DNA of 64,000 bases, taken from NCBI RefSeq assembly GCF_009914755.1, contig NC_060927.1; one strand, written 5' to 3'. Under the pieces are notes generated by a model, which saw nothing but the letters and a program-made list of their open reading frames with translations, made no database searches and was not told the DNA's origin. Shown here piece after piece: positions 14,222 to 27,679 of this stretch (positions are counted from its first letter, which is position 1; each line of letters starts with the position of its first letter). This stretch comes from the human T2T-CHM13v2.0 reference genome, Homo sapiens. The position numbers and the translations under genes are program-made.

Positions 14222-15010
14222 CTAGTGGCAGAGACAATGTTATGATGCTCTCCAGGTCCTGTTTCATTTTCCTCCTCTTAGGCAAACAAGGCTATGTTTT
14301 CCAGTCTTCATAGATTAAGATACAGTGGCCTGAATGATTGTGTCCCCTGAAAATTGCTATGTTGAAATCCTAACTCCCAAGGTAATGGTATTAGAAAGCG
14401 GGTCTTTGGAGGATGATTAGTTCATAAGAGTGGAGCCTGCATTAATGAGATTAGTGTCCTTGTAAAAGAAGCTCAAGAATAATCCTCTCACTGCTTTGAC
14501 CATACAGGGACACTGTAAGAAGACATCCTATATGAACAAGAAAGTCTGCCCTCATCAGATATCAAATTTGCCAGCACCCAAAATCTTAGAATTTTCATCC
14601 TCCAGAACTGTGAGAAATAAACGGCTTTTGTTCATAAGCCATATAGTTTATGGTATTTTCCATAGCACCCAAACGAGGGGATTGGATTAACTTCTGGCCA
14701 ATAGGAAATGGTCAGAATTGATTTAAGCCAGTTGCAGGACTGACACTTATATCCTGTGTGAACCTGTCCTATAGTCTCATTTTTCCTTCTATGCTGACCT
14801 CAGAAACTATGTGTTTCAGAGAGTTTAACTACATAATGGCAGGGGCTCAGATGCCTGAATCATCACTTGAAAGAAAACCGTCAAGGAGAATAACTCAGCT
14901 TTACTGGACTTTAACTTAAGGAAAAAAAATAAAGTTTCTTGTGTTAAACTGCTTAGATTTTAGGATTTCTTTTTTACTGCATCATAGTCTGTTCTATCTC
15001 CATAGTCTAT
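14222..15010 (+). mobile_element. Old MLT1 LTR (H/I/J-like) split by a younger MLT1A LTR
   Basis: The flanks TTTTCCAGTCTTC... and TTCTGGCCAATAGGAAATG...TGTTAAACTGCTTAGATTTTAGGA join into one MLT1 LTR. Confidence 0.6.
14322..14675 (+). mobile_element. MLT1A/MLT1A0 MaLR LTR
   Basis: TGTGTCCCC...ATGTTGAAATCCTAACTCCCAAGGTAATGGTATTAG...CCTCCAGAACTGTGAGAAATAAA. Confidence 0.85.
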
Positions 15011-17256
15011 GACAAGCTGTGGGCTTCAATAAAAGGTATTTTTATCTAATATAGAACTCCATTAATCCCTTTTCTTTTCAAAGGTGAAACAACCAATGAC
15101 TGCTTTTAATTATAAGGAGCAGTGATTAATTTGGCCCATGTTTCTTTATTTTTCTGTCTTTTCTTTATTCAACTTAGTTGTAGATAAACAACTAAGACTA
15201 ATTTTTTAGTTTTTTTGCCTAGGCAAATGTTTTCCATAGGCAATTTTTTCTTTTTTGGCACTCTGCCTCAGTTTCCTCATTATAGAATAGAAACAATATT
15301 TTTTCCCTCTTTATTACTCAGTGCGGTCAAAAAGATAAATGAGTTGATAGTTATTAGAAAAGTAGTATATAAGCATAGAACATTATGTTATTATTATGTT
15401 ATTTTCACAAAAATAGTAAGAAAGGCTTCTGCATTACAAATCTGGGGAATGCTATGAAGGCAAGATTTATGATTTGTTCAATGATCTGTTTTTCTTTGTA
15501 GCATTGGAATAATTCCTTTAGGTTGCATAGATAATCTACTTATCTTAAAACCTAAAGGCATCTTAACATGTTCATATGAATATTTAAAGTGGTTCAGGGC
15601 ACTGATACTAAGAATGTTATGAGAGATAAAGTGATTGGTATGAAGAAAAGCATGGGTGGCTTTTAATGCAGTTTCCTATTGCAGTATAAATGTGCAGTTG
15701 ATTCTAGCCTAGATGTAAGTGAAAAATAGTTACAATACCTAGGGGCTTAGTGAACCTTGTATAAAAGTAATATGGATAATAGTTGATCTTAAAAGGAGAC
15801 TAGTGCCTTAAACATTTTAATTCTTTATAGGACGTGTGTCATATTTTAAAACAGTGTTAATATTTAACCATAATTAGTCTTTAAACTTAGGTCATTATTA
15901 TAAAGTATTCTTTGTGATCTCCTTGAATCATAACTTAATTATGCAAAATGTATTTATTTTAAACTTTGAGACAATTTAAATGTGTCCTCAAATATATTTA
16001 ACTATACTAGTAGGGATTAAAAATAGAGTAATAGGATTAATCACAAAATAGTAGTTCTCTTGCTTCATACATTCACATGACTTGCAGAAGAACTAACTTC
16101 ACTAAAATTTCCTTCAAATGATTCTGATAATCCTTAGAAAGTGTGCAATATATGTTCCACTGACCCCCGTACTTGGAAACCCCATGACATTGACTTTTCC
16201 TCCTCTTCATCATTGGCCCACTGGGAGAAACATCCTTTCTCGATATGCAAAGCAGGAGCCAGGCTACTGATGAGTCTCAAAGATGCCATTTGTTCTGACA
16301 CTGATGCCTGCAAACATGCTCTGAGGTTAATAATACACAATGCTCAGGCCATTGATGTTTGCACTAATGGTCTTTGTGACCAACGAATACTTGGCATGAA
16401 GTGGTTTCTCTGGCCAACTCTGCTCAAAGTCTCATGATGGGAAGAATGATATCATTATTTGTGATAGCAAGAATCTCTCTCAATCTGTCAATGGCTAATG
16501 TTAAGGGTGTTACTCATTAAAGAAATTGTGGTAAAACAGCTTATTTAGGCCCCCTTCTTTTTTTTGTTGTAGTTCCCATTACTTACAATTCAGATATGAG
16601 TCCTTTAGATGAGGACTTGTAAGAACAGACCTAACTAGTAAAAAACATGCTCAGTTTACACTTCCTCCTTTGGTCTGATTCTCACTCCTCGTCATGCAAC
16701 AGAATGTGATTCTGTTTTCCTTTTGGGGGATTCACAGCTTACTAGTCAATGTACTTTATTCTCGTGGTCTAGAAATAGTATGGACATATATGATGACTAG
16801 GCAAAAGGGAAACCAAACGTATTAATCCTGATAAGTCTCATCTAAACCTAAAACTGTATTGAAGAACATAAATTAGTTAGAATCCCAAGTAAGCCTTCCC
16901 CCACTTTCACTCTATACATAACTCTTGGGATGTAGTTCTTGTAGAACTAGATTAGGTGCTATTAGAAGAGTGTAGAAATCAAGAAACACATGTACGTGTG
17001 TGTGTGTGTTTGTGTGTTTTAAAGATGGATGATACTAGAACATATCTGAGTGCTAATGGGAATTACTCAGTAAAATAGGCAAGGCCGAAGGTGCAGGATG
17101 GAGGCTGGTGAGCCACTGGATAAATTCCCAGAGATGAGGAGAGGAATGCAGAAGACTGCTGGACATAACCGGCTTTGGACAGTGCGATGGACTCATGTGT
17201 TCTTGTCCTTACATTGGGAAGCTTCACTGCTAGAACTCTGCCTATATAATCTTTCT

Positions 17257-17551
17257 TTTTTTTTTTTGAGACGGGGTCTTGCTCTGTTGCCCAGGCTGGA
17301 GTGCAGGGGCACGACTTCGGCTCACTGCAACCTCTGGCTTCCCAGGTTCAAGCAATTCCCCTGCCTCAGCCTCCCAAGTAGCTGGGGCTACAGGTGCATA
17401 CCATCACGCCCGGCTAATTTTTTGTATTTTTAGTAGAGACGGGGTTTCACCGTGTTAGCCAGGATGGTCTTGATTGCCTGACCTTGTGATCCACCTGCCT
17501 CGGCCTCCCAAAGTGCTGGGATTACAGGTGTGAGCCACTGTGCCTGCCTGG
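17257..17551 (-). mobile_element. AluSc-like, full length
   Basis: Antisense dimer with TTAGCCAGGATGGTC. TSD CTGCCTA(TA)TAATCTTTCT at 17238-17256 and 17552-17568. Confidence 0.95.
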
Positions 17552-17799
17552 CTGCCTATAATCTTTCTATTTCATAGTGGACAACCTCATTTCTACCCTT
17601 TCTTTTGGACACTATGCAGTAACACCCTTCTGCTTACCCACCCTGATTTGGTCTAGATGTCCCTCATTTGTATTCACTAAATGGTGAAAGAATACTTTTA
17701 CTGTAGAGCTTTTCATGTCTATTGTAAATAATAACATTTTTTTTTACTTCTCAGTTGCTCCAACTAGGTTGTAAACTCCTTGAGGGCCTTCTCTAATTA

Positions 17800-18020
17800 G
17801 TTTTATTATAGTAAAACGTGCATAACATAAAATTTACCTTTTTAACCATGTTTAAATGTGCGGTTCTGTGGCATTCAGTACATTTACATTGTTGGGCAAC
17901 CGTCACCATCATCTATCTCCAGAACTTCCTCTTTTCAATTGAAACTCTGTACCCATTAAACACTAATACCTCCATTCTTCCCTCCCCCAGACCCTGGCAA
18001 CCACCATCTAATTTGCTTTT
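17800..18020 (-). mobile_element. L1MB 3' end, flanked by L2 fragments
   Basis: CATAACATAAAATTTACC...GTGGCATTCAGTACATTTACATTGTT...TATCTCCAGAAC...GAAACTCTGTACCCATTAAAC. Confidence 0.85.
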
Positions 18021-19289
18021 ACAGACTCAGAGATGAACTTAATGTTTGTCATATAATAGGTGGGCAATAAGTATTTATTCAATACATGAATACAGGTGCT
18101 CATTAATCTGTGTTAATTTTCCTGGGAAAATATGGGCCAATGCTTTTATATTTGGAGTTGACTATGTCAACTCCATTATTCTCTACATTAATCAAATGAA
18201 ATTTAATATACAAAAATTTATTCTAATGACATTGTGCCCTTATTTGATGAAAGAACATTACGATAAAAAAGGACTGAATAAAAGTGGATGACAATCAAAA
18301 CCCAAAAGATGGATACATGCAAAACAGAGCATTCAGATCATTAAAAAACATAAACACAAAGGAATTCATTTATCAGTAACCTTTACAAGTAAGTACAAGA
18401 ACAAAAATAATCACCAGTTTCAGAAAAATGCCAAATAAATCACAATGTCAGCCACCATAATTATAGAATTAGGGCAAAGGAAAAAAGGATTACACCAGTG
18501 AGCTTTTTTTTGGTTTCAGAGATGTTGTCATTTCATGATTGGGTTGCAGATACTGTTTAGAAGTGGCAATGAAAAACAGGTAGGTTGAACCCAATGAAAT
18601 TATTTGGTTTTTGTGAATAAACAGAATTAGATTGTTTTTGGAAAAGTAAGAAGTATTATTTCATAACTTTGCAATGCTTTCTTCAATTTTGAGTGGGACA
18701 AGCATTTGAAGCTTGAAAGGTACTATTTTTGAATGCAGTGGTGCCTTTGGTGGCATCATATTTACTGGAATTTCTAAAAAAGCATGAGTTTACTGAATAC
18801 TATAGGTATAGTTGCAATAATAAATAAATGACAACAGGCAAATATTCCTGGAACAAGAAATTCCTGTTGGCACTGGTAAAGCTGAGTTTCTCTGTTTCTT
18901 TATGCCTGAGGTATAAATTGGCATTAAGGCTGCTGTGTCAATTCAGCTTTCTTCAAAATACAGGTTAATCTCTTGAATGACATAGAGAAAAAATAATCTA
19001 AAGTGAAGTGTCAATTTTCAGTGATGAAAGCCAGTCATGTGAAGTTAGCACACAGTGCCAACAATGAGACAGGAAATCCTGGTCAAGAAGGTTGGAGATT
19101 ACTAGTGGAGAAAGTAACATTTATGAAATTATGTAAATGTGTGGTTTCAACCCCTGATTCCCTCCAATTTTATAGAATTGTTTTTATAATGCAAAATGAT
19201 GCTTTAACATTTAGAAAGTCATGTAATCCTATAATTTGGGAAATGGTTTAGATCATTTAAAAGCATTAAACAATAACCTAGACTTACCA

Positions 19290-19450
19290 AGGTAATGTAG
19301 AGAGACGCTAGGCTTTGAATAACTCAGCAGATTTTAGTTTTGCTGCTTACTAGCTGTGAGACTTAGGCTAAGCTCTTTAACTTTGCTAAGTTTTAGTGGC
19401 CTTTTCTGTAAAATGAGTAGATTGAGCTAATCAAGTTCTATAAAGTTGTG
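19290..19450 (+). mobile_element. MIR
   Basis: GCTTACTAGCTGTGAGACTTAGGC...TTCTGTAAAATGAG core. Confidence 0.65.
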
Positions 19451-20381
19451 AAATTTATAAACAGAGCAAATATTAAACTATTAGTTTTTCTTCACACCAA
19501 GTTCATCAGAGTTTGGGAGTGACATCAGATAAACAATATTCAACTTACTGAATTGTCTCTCAACTCCCATGTTGTATATATTCCAAATGATCCAGCTGTG
19601 TACATCTGACCTATAAAGCATTGACTTACCAACTTTGACTGACAAGCTTAGGTTCATTACATGAGCTCACATACTTAGACACATAGTAGAATTGGGTTCT
19701 ATTTTTCTCAATTCTGAAGCACAATTTATTGTGCAAAGATTAAACACTTTTCTTCCTGAAGATAATGAGAATTGATTTCTTTACCCCCAATCACAGTTTC
19801 AAACTTCAGGAGAGGAACTTTAAATAAATTGGTTTTTAAATCTTATAGTCTCTCTATGTCCTCAAGGGTAAAAAGGTATTATGCTATTTAAATGATGGAA
19901 AAGCTTGTGCACCTCATTGTACTCCTTTACACAAGTAAATACGACCTCAGGGACCTTAAGCTTTAAAGCAAAAGATTCATCACTATCTTTACCTTGGTAA
20001 AGTTTATGAAGATTGAATGTAGAACTCACTTTGCATCTGAGAAACCTTGAACAACTTATGTACAAGAAGCTAAGTTTTTAATTTTTTATTAAAATGTACT
20101 CCCCTTTTTAAAAAAAATATAGTTTTAAATTATCTTCATCATATTGTTCAAAATCCCTTATTTTTGTAGATTTCTGCTTGAATTAGATGATAGAGGGAAA
20201 AAACAAGTCTGGAGATGAATATGTATACATTTTGTTTTTAGAAAGCCCAGACTTCTTTTTTGCCTTCACTATCAAAACATGTAAAGCAAAATTTAGTGTC
20301 CAATTGAATTGACTTGCTTAGTTCTGATAATTAGTATTTTCTTTCTTTAGTTTAAGTTCTTTAGAAGTATGCTCTTCTGGG

Positions 20382-21130
<749 letters not shown>

Positions 21131-21444
21131 ACTATCAGTTTTTCAAATGAGGATTCCTATTTGGGAGTAAAGGGGAAACTCGAAAAATGTAGCAATGGTC
21201 AGGGTCTAAGCCTGGTCTTTCGTCATCCCTGTTGCTGCTGAAGTGACCCTTGCACCAATTGCTCTACACGCTCTAGAACTCAAATATTGTAGCAAAATCA
21301 CCACCTTGGAAATAGCTCCAAATTCATACTTTTTGTAACTATGACAATGTTTCATCATAATATGGATTGTATCAATTTATTATCAGTCCATATAAGGTGG
21401 AAGCACCTATCTCCCTAATCCTCTCATTTCTATAAAGAAGAGTC

Positions 21445-21633
21445 CCAGCCCTGATACTATTGAAATTTTAGGCTGGATAATTCTTTATTGTGGGATGTTT
21501 AGCAGCATTCTTGGCTTCTACACACTGGATTCAGTAGCACCCACCCCCAGAATTGTGACAAACAAATGATCGCCAGATATTGTGAAATCTCCCCAACTGG
21601 GGGAGCAAAAATACTCCTTGTTGAAAACCGGTG
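21445..21633 (-). mobile_element. MER20 hAT MITE
   Basis: GGCTGGATAATTCTTTATTGTGGG...GTTTAGCAGCATTCTTGGC...TTGTGACAAAC...GGGGAGCAAAA...GTTGAAAACCGGTG. Confidence 0.8.
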
Positions 21634-21659
21634 CGGTTGAGGGTAAACAAAGGGCAGAG

Positions 21660-21892
21660 TGACTAGTCTATTAGGTGAGGATGAAGAAAACCTGGCTAAC
21701 AGTTGACACTTTAACCACAGAGAGACTGCGCATTGACACTCAAACCACCTGTGTCCACCTCTTTGTCATTTAAATCCTCCCTCTCGGACCTGCCTGCGAC
21801 CAGGCACAAATCGGTGCAGGCAAAGTTTTGCTGCAATAGGTCCTTGCTCTGTCAGATGAAGGTCTCACCTGAAAAAGGCCGAGGTGAGTCAC
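21660..21892 (+). promoter_or_regulatory. Candidate promoter/enhancer with a putative non-coding first exon ending at a strong 5' splice site
   Basis: Unique sequence with several CpGs; TATA-like CATTTAAA at 21767; donor GAG|GTGAGT at 21883/21884 overlapping AP-1 TGAGTCA; RUNX AACCACA. Motif evidence only. Confidence 0.4.
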
Positions 21893-22919
21893 GTTGCTTA
21901 CTCTGAATCTGCATGTCTTTAATTAAGAGGGGAACGTAAAGCTAGGTCCATTTCAGCCTTCAGTGTGAGCTATGCTCTCCAAATCTGCTTTTTCATTAGC
22001 AAGGCTATATTTTGATTTGCACCAGCCTTTTGGGCTTTATTTTTCCAATTCTTGGGATCCCACAAGGGACGCCAGGTAATTAATTAGCATCCCACAAATT
22101 TCTAACAATTTGAAATAGTGTATATTTTTCTAATCAATAATTACTTTTTCTTCTGTTTTTTTTCCAAAGATGTTCTGGGATTTATCATGATTTGGAGTCT
22201 GTGTCTTGATCGTTGGTTTAAACTAAAAAAAAAATAGAGGAAATGTCAATCTACTCACTCTATTCCCTTTATACCAACCTGAACCTAATATTTAGGACCA
22301 CCAAGGCTAGACATCGTTCAGCCACCTGGCAATTAGTGTGGAAAGGCTGAGGTATCACCTGTTTTCAGAAAACATCAGAGAAGCCTGGCCAGTTTCAGTA
22401 GGTGGTGGTCAAGGTATATCTTGTCTGGTGAATAAACCGTACATAGTTTTCAACAACCTGAAAACTTCCAATTAATATAAGGCCTGAAGGAAAGAAGTTG
22501 AAAGCAGCAGGCTATGTTAGATTAGGCAAGAGGGTAGTCATACTCAAAGGATGAGTGCTGTCCTAACTTGAAGAGGAGTTGCTACGTTCTGTGCCTCTCA
22601 CTCGATCCACAACACTAGAGAAATACACGTAAGGAGTCTCAGACAGGTACTCAGAAAAAGACACATGGAGACACACACAGACACTCACAAATAAACACAG
22701 TTACTCACAGATAGAACCACATATACAGAGTTTATTTTCTCCGTGGGACTATTACTTACACTGTATCCACACTCATCACCAAATTAACCATCTGAATGAA
22801 GTCAGGCTGTACTTTGAATCTCGAAAATATTGTTAACTATTTAAGGTTTTCAATGTTTGGGCACTGATCTTTTCCTTCTTAGTATCAATAGGTACCCCTT
22901 AATGGAATACAAAAGTGTT

Positions 22920-23250
22920 TCCAAAATAATAATAATGTTCTCTCTAAATTAGATTGTATGCTGCATGAGAGAAGAGACTTTGTTTTATAATTGCCATTGT
23001 ATCTATCACAGCACACAAAAAGTCTGAGAATAAAAGATTTGATAGAGTGGAGTGATGGTGGGGACTTAGAGGATGACATATGAGTGCCACAGTGATTCCA
23101 CAGATTTATTTAGTGTTCATTCAACACTAAATAAATAAATAAGCAATTTCTATGTCATAGGCATTGTGCAAATTTTCAGGAATATTATATATAACAGATA
23201 AGAGACATGGTCTTTATGTTCTTACAATTTACAGTCTAATGGTGAATCCA
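22920..23250. mobile_element. Two degenerate L2 3' ends, tail to tail
   Basis: Plus-strand TAGATTGTATGCTGCATGAGAG... and minus-strand TTCATTCAACA...CTATGTCATAGGCATTGTGC. Confidence 0.55.
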
Positions 23251-23886
23251 TTACAAAAAAGTTTTCAAAATAAAGTGAAAACCAGTACTCTGTGATTTCA
23301 ACAATTAGCATTTACCTTTTTAAAGTAATATTATTTCCTCTTTTACCTACTAACTTATTACACAAAATATAAAACTAGTATTAGCATCTGCCTAAGTCTA
23401 ACTTTTTTAAAATGTAAAATAGCAGAGTAATATATAACATCACATACACACCAAAATGCCATTTATATTTAACCAAACTTTTCATAAATAAATAATATAA
23501 TGACACTGTAAACAAATCAGTGCAGTCTGTTGCTTGCTTTGTAAATTGAGTGATATTTACATGTAGCACAAGTTAGCATATTAACACACAAAACAATTCT
23601 CCAAATGAATGTAAAAGATTTGCTGCCCAGTTTAATCTGATAAGTAGTTGTAAAACAAATGTTACCTTTAATGTTATAAATTAAAATATAAGATTGCCGG
23701 CATTAAACTGCTTAATGTTGGTGCAAACTGAAGATAATTGACTTCTATTCAAAGGATCATAAGGATTACAAAAGATTATACTGACACCCTTGTAAACTGT
23801 AATTATCACCTTCCATTAATGATAACATGACTTTATATAAGTCTATTTCTCTGCTAATTAACTATAATTGAGATAATAATGCATGA

Positions 23887-24252
<366 letters not shown>

Positions 24253-25069
24253 TAAGCTCATTAGCTAGTTTATGTACTAAATATAACAAGAACAGATTTT
24301 TTTGTTAAGCATCAGCCACAGCTTCTGGGGTGAGAGAAGCTGGAAGCAGAGCTGGGGTTCTCAGCACTTGGGGAGGCCCATCTGTTCAGCCAATGGGGTG
24401 AGACAGCCAGTGGCTCTTAAGAAAAATGCATGTGGACACATTCACCAATTAGAGAGCTAACTAACCTAATGACAGCTGAGCTAATCAGAATCACAGTCCT
24501 TTGAAACCCGTGGTTGGATTTACTTTTCCTTTGATACTCAAGTTACCATTGTCAAGTTGCATACTCAATGTTGTCCACCTGAGGATTCAGACTGTAAGCC
24601 ATTTCTCCAGCAACTACAGTCCTATTTTTTGTAAGTCCATTTTCCTCATAAGAATCTAGCCATGCACTGGCCAAGATAAAATTAATGAAAAAATGTATAT
24701 TTACAATGTGAGGGTGATAAGAATTAATAAAGTAGCAAATTCTCACTTGTCTCAAGACAATTATTGTTCAAATAACAAATTCAGGTGGTTATAGCAAAAA
24801 GGAAATCTGGGATAATCATCCTGGATTATACTAAATGCGAAAGAGATGAATAATATGAATTTCTCAGAAATGGTTGAGAGAAGAAAATTGGCTGAATAAA
24901 GGACAGTTTGCGATATTTTCAAGTAAGTTGGGGAAGCTGCAGGGTTTTCATGGCTAAAGAGTGCAGAGTGTCATCAGGATATTAGTCCAGAGGGGCTAAT
25001 TACAGGGGATGTAGACATGGCCCTGAGAGTGGATGATGAGAGAGGGATTCCTGTCATCTCTGAAGATGG

Positions 25070-25270
25070 CTATCATTTATTGAGTCTCTATTGCATGCCA
25101 AGTGACTAAACCTCAGAACAATCCCGATGTTGAGAGTATTTATAGATGAAGAAACAGGCTTAGAGAGGTTAAGTTCCTCATACAAGGTCTCATATCTGGG
25201 ATATGAAGAAACCAGGATTTGGCCCTAAACAATTTGCTCAAAACATATGAGTGCTCATTACACTATAATA
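25070..25270 (-). mobile_element. MIR
   Basis: TTTATAGATGAAGAAACAGGCTTAGAGAGGTTAAGT...CAAGGTCTCA. Confidence 0.75.
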
Positions 25271-25379
25271 CAAAATATCCTTTGATTAGTTCTGCCTAAG
25301 GCTCAACTAACTTCTGTCCTTACTTAAGTATATGTATTGGGCATTTGTAATTTTTTGACTGAATAGTATTGAATTCCAT

Positions 25380-25795
25380 ATTACTAAAAGCATCCTGAGC
25401 TCACCCTGGAGTACTCTTTCATTTGTATATAGTCTTGGAGAAAGATACCAGTCCTTCCATTCCTTGTCCTTGTATGGATGGAGAAAGAGGAACTAGGAAC
25501 ATACTTGGGTTTAGCAAATTGAATGCTTCTTTGTAAGACTTTGACTTTTGAGAGTGAAGCCAGCAAACAACTGGGGACTTATTGCTCACAGTGGGGTTCA
25601 AATCAGACGCTGCTACTGGTTTATATTTGCTGCCCTAACTCCTAAGGATCTTTTGATTCCTGATTGTTATCCAATACTAGCTCTCAGCCTATTGTTGATT
25701 CAACTGAGTTCATAGCCTTCCAGTATATTCTTTGTGTGCTTAGGTTAATCAGAGTCAGTTTCTGTTGCTTATAACCAAGAACTCTAACAAATATT
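25380..25795 (+). mobile_element. Old ERVL LTR (LTR33/LTR16-like)
   Basis: 3' end AGAGTCAGTTTCTGTTGCTTATAACCAAGAACTCTAAC; the left boundary is uncertain. Confidence 0.5.
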
Positions 25796-26155
25796 ATGAC
25801 ACAGAGTCTGTTTTATCTCCTTGTCCAAAGCAAAGGCAACAGTAAAATGGAGAAAGAAAGAAATAAAGAAAATGTATAAATCTTAAAAATAAAGGGACCA
25901 TTTCTTTAAGAAGAAGTAACGTGAATTTTTATATCTAAAATTTCTCAGTAGATGATTAATAACAGAAGGAAAAAAACTGAATTCAGAGACTACAAGTATT
26001 AACCTCACTGAATCTATCTCTAAGAGTCAGAGCAAAAGCCACCAAAAGAGAACTTTTTTGAACTGAACAGAATAAGCACATCAGTATCACATTTTTAGAG
26101 TTTCGGATTTTCTAAAGCTCTTTCTAAAAATTGATTTGATATTTAGTATCTAATA

Positions 26156-26571
26156 CAGATGGTCCCTGACTTATGATGGGTTGATTTGCAATTTTTCAGT
26201 TTTATAATGGTGGAAAAATGATACACATTCAGTAGAAACCATACTTCAGATTTTAAATTTTGATCTTTTCTCAGGCTAGCAACATGTGGTAAGATACTCT
26301 CTCACTATGCTGGGCAGCAGCAGGAGCCTCAGCTCACAGTCAGCCACAGGATCACAAAGGTAACCAACATGTACTCCGTAGTGTACTGTTGCCAAATGAC
26401 TTTGCCAAACTGTAGGCTAATGTGAGTATTCTGAGTATGTTTAAGGTAGGCTAGGCTAAGTTATGATGTTTGGTAGGTTAGGTGTATTGAATGCATTTTC
26501 AGCTTAAGACATTTTCAACTTAATGATGGGTTTCTTGAGAAGTGACTTCATCATAAGTTGAGCAGTATCTG
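26156..26571 (-). mobile_element. MER47/Tigger5-derived MITE
   Basis: Terminal inverted repeats CAGATGGTCCCTGACTTATGATG and CATCATAAGTTGAGCAGTATCTG; internal TAGGCTAGGCTAAG.TATGATGTTTGGTAGGTTAGGTGTATT. Confidence 0.85.
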
Positions 26572-27295
26572 TTTTTGATCTTTCTTTTCTTTCTATTTTT
26601 CTCTTAGGTACTCTCCCATCTATTTAAATAGCATTATTGCTCTCTTGGTACTATATTTTTTTCCACAAATAATTGATTTTTACTAAATTAATATTTGACC
26701 TTTGGAATAAAAATCATATAATTGGATATGCCTTTAATATGCATATACCATTCTAATTCATTACAGTGAAGTCAGTCAGGGTAATGATTTTGCTTTGAAA
26801 TGAATGAATGAATTTCAATAAAGGATCCAGGATTCTGCTCAGGAAAATCGTGGAGAAACAGCTTCTTTCATGACCTTTTTGATATATTACTTTTGAATTT
26901 TGATTTTTATTGTTTACAAAGTGATTTCAGTACATGATTTCATTTGGGAACGGCATCACAACCAGCAGAGAAAAAAGTTGTTGAAAATCTCTGGAGGAAA
27001 CAATTAAAATACCTTCTACCATAAAACCTTCAGATGGGGGTAAAATCTCAGCCTTCTGGGCATAAGTGGTTGGTTGAGATTAACTCTTGTTACTGGATTT
27101 AAAACTTAACTATTTTTTAATGAAATAGTTAGTCCTAAAATTGTGGTGTATATTTCTCTAGCTTCTTAGGCAGACTATGCCTGCTTAAGGGTTCCCTTTC
27201 CTACATTCAACTCCAGAAAACTGTTTCTGCATTTTATCAGTATATGATAGCTCCGGTAGTTCTTCAAGGACTAGAAGAGTATCATATCTTGCTTT

Positions 27296-27609
27296 TTAAT
27301 TATTTTATTTACTTTTTTTTTTTTTTTGAGACAGGGTCTCACTGTGTCACTCAAGCTGGAGTGCCATGGTGCAGGCTTGGCTCACTGCAGCCTTGACCTC
27401 TCAGGCTCAGGTGATCCTCCCACCTCAGCCCCCCGAGTAGCTGGGACTACAGGCATGCAACACCAAACTGGCTAATTTTTGTATGTTTTGTAGAAATGGG
27501 GTTTCACCACGTTGCCCAGGCTGGTCTTGAACTCCTGGGATCAAGAGAGCTGCCTGTCTCGGCCTCCCAAAGGGCTAGGATTACAGTCGTGAGCCACCAC
27601 ATCTGGCCA
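27296..27609 (-). mobile_element. AluJ, full length
   Basis: GAGACAGGGTCTCACT, GCAGCCTTGACCTC and TTGCCCAGGCTGG are J diagnostics. Confidence 0.92.
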
Positions 27610-27679
27610 CATATTGGTTTTTTTTTAAGGAGCAATTCTCCTTCTATTTTCTTTAGTTTGTTAGTTCTAAAAGGGATAA

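Noticed and set aside
21590-21610. CTCF-like motif CCAACTGGGGGAGC in MER20
   Set aside because: Several mismatches at core positions.
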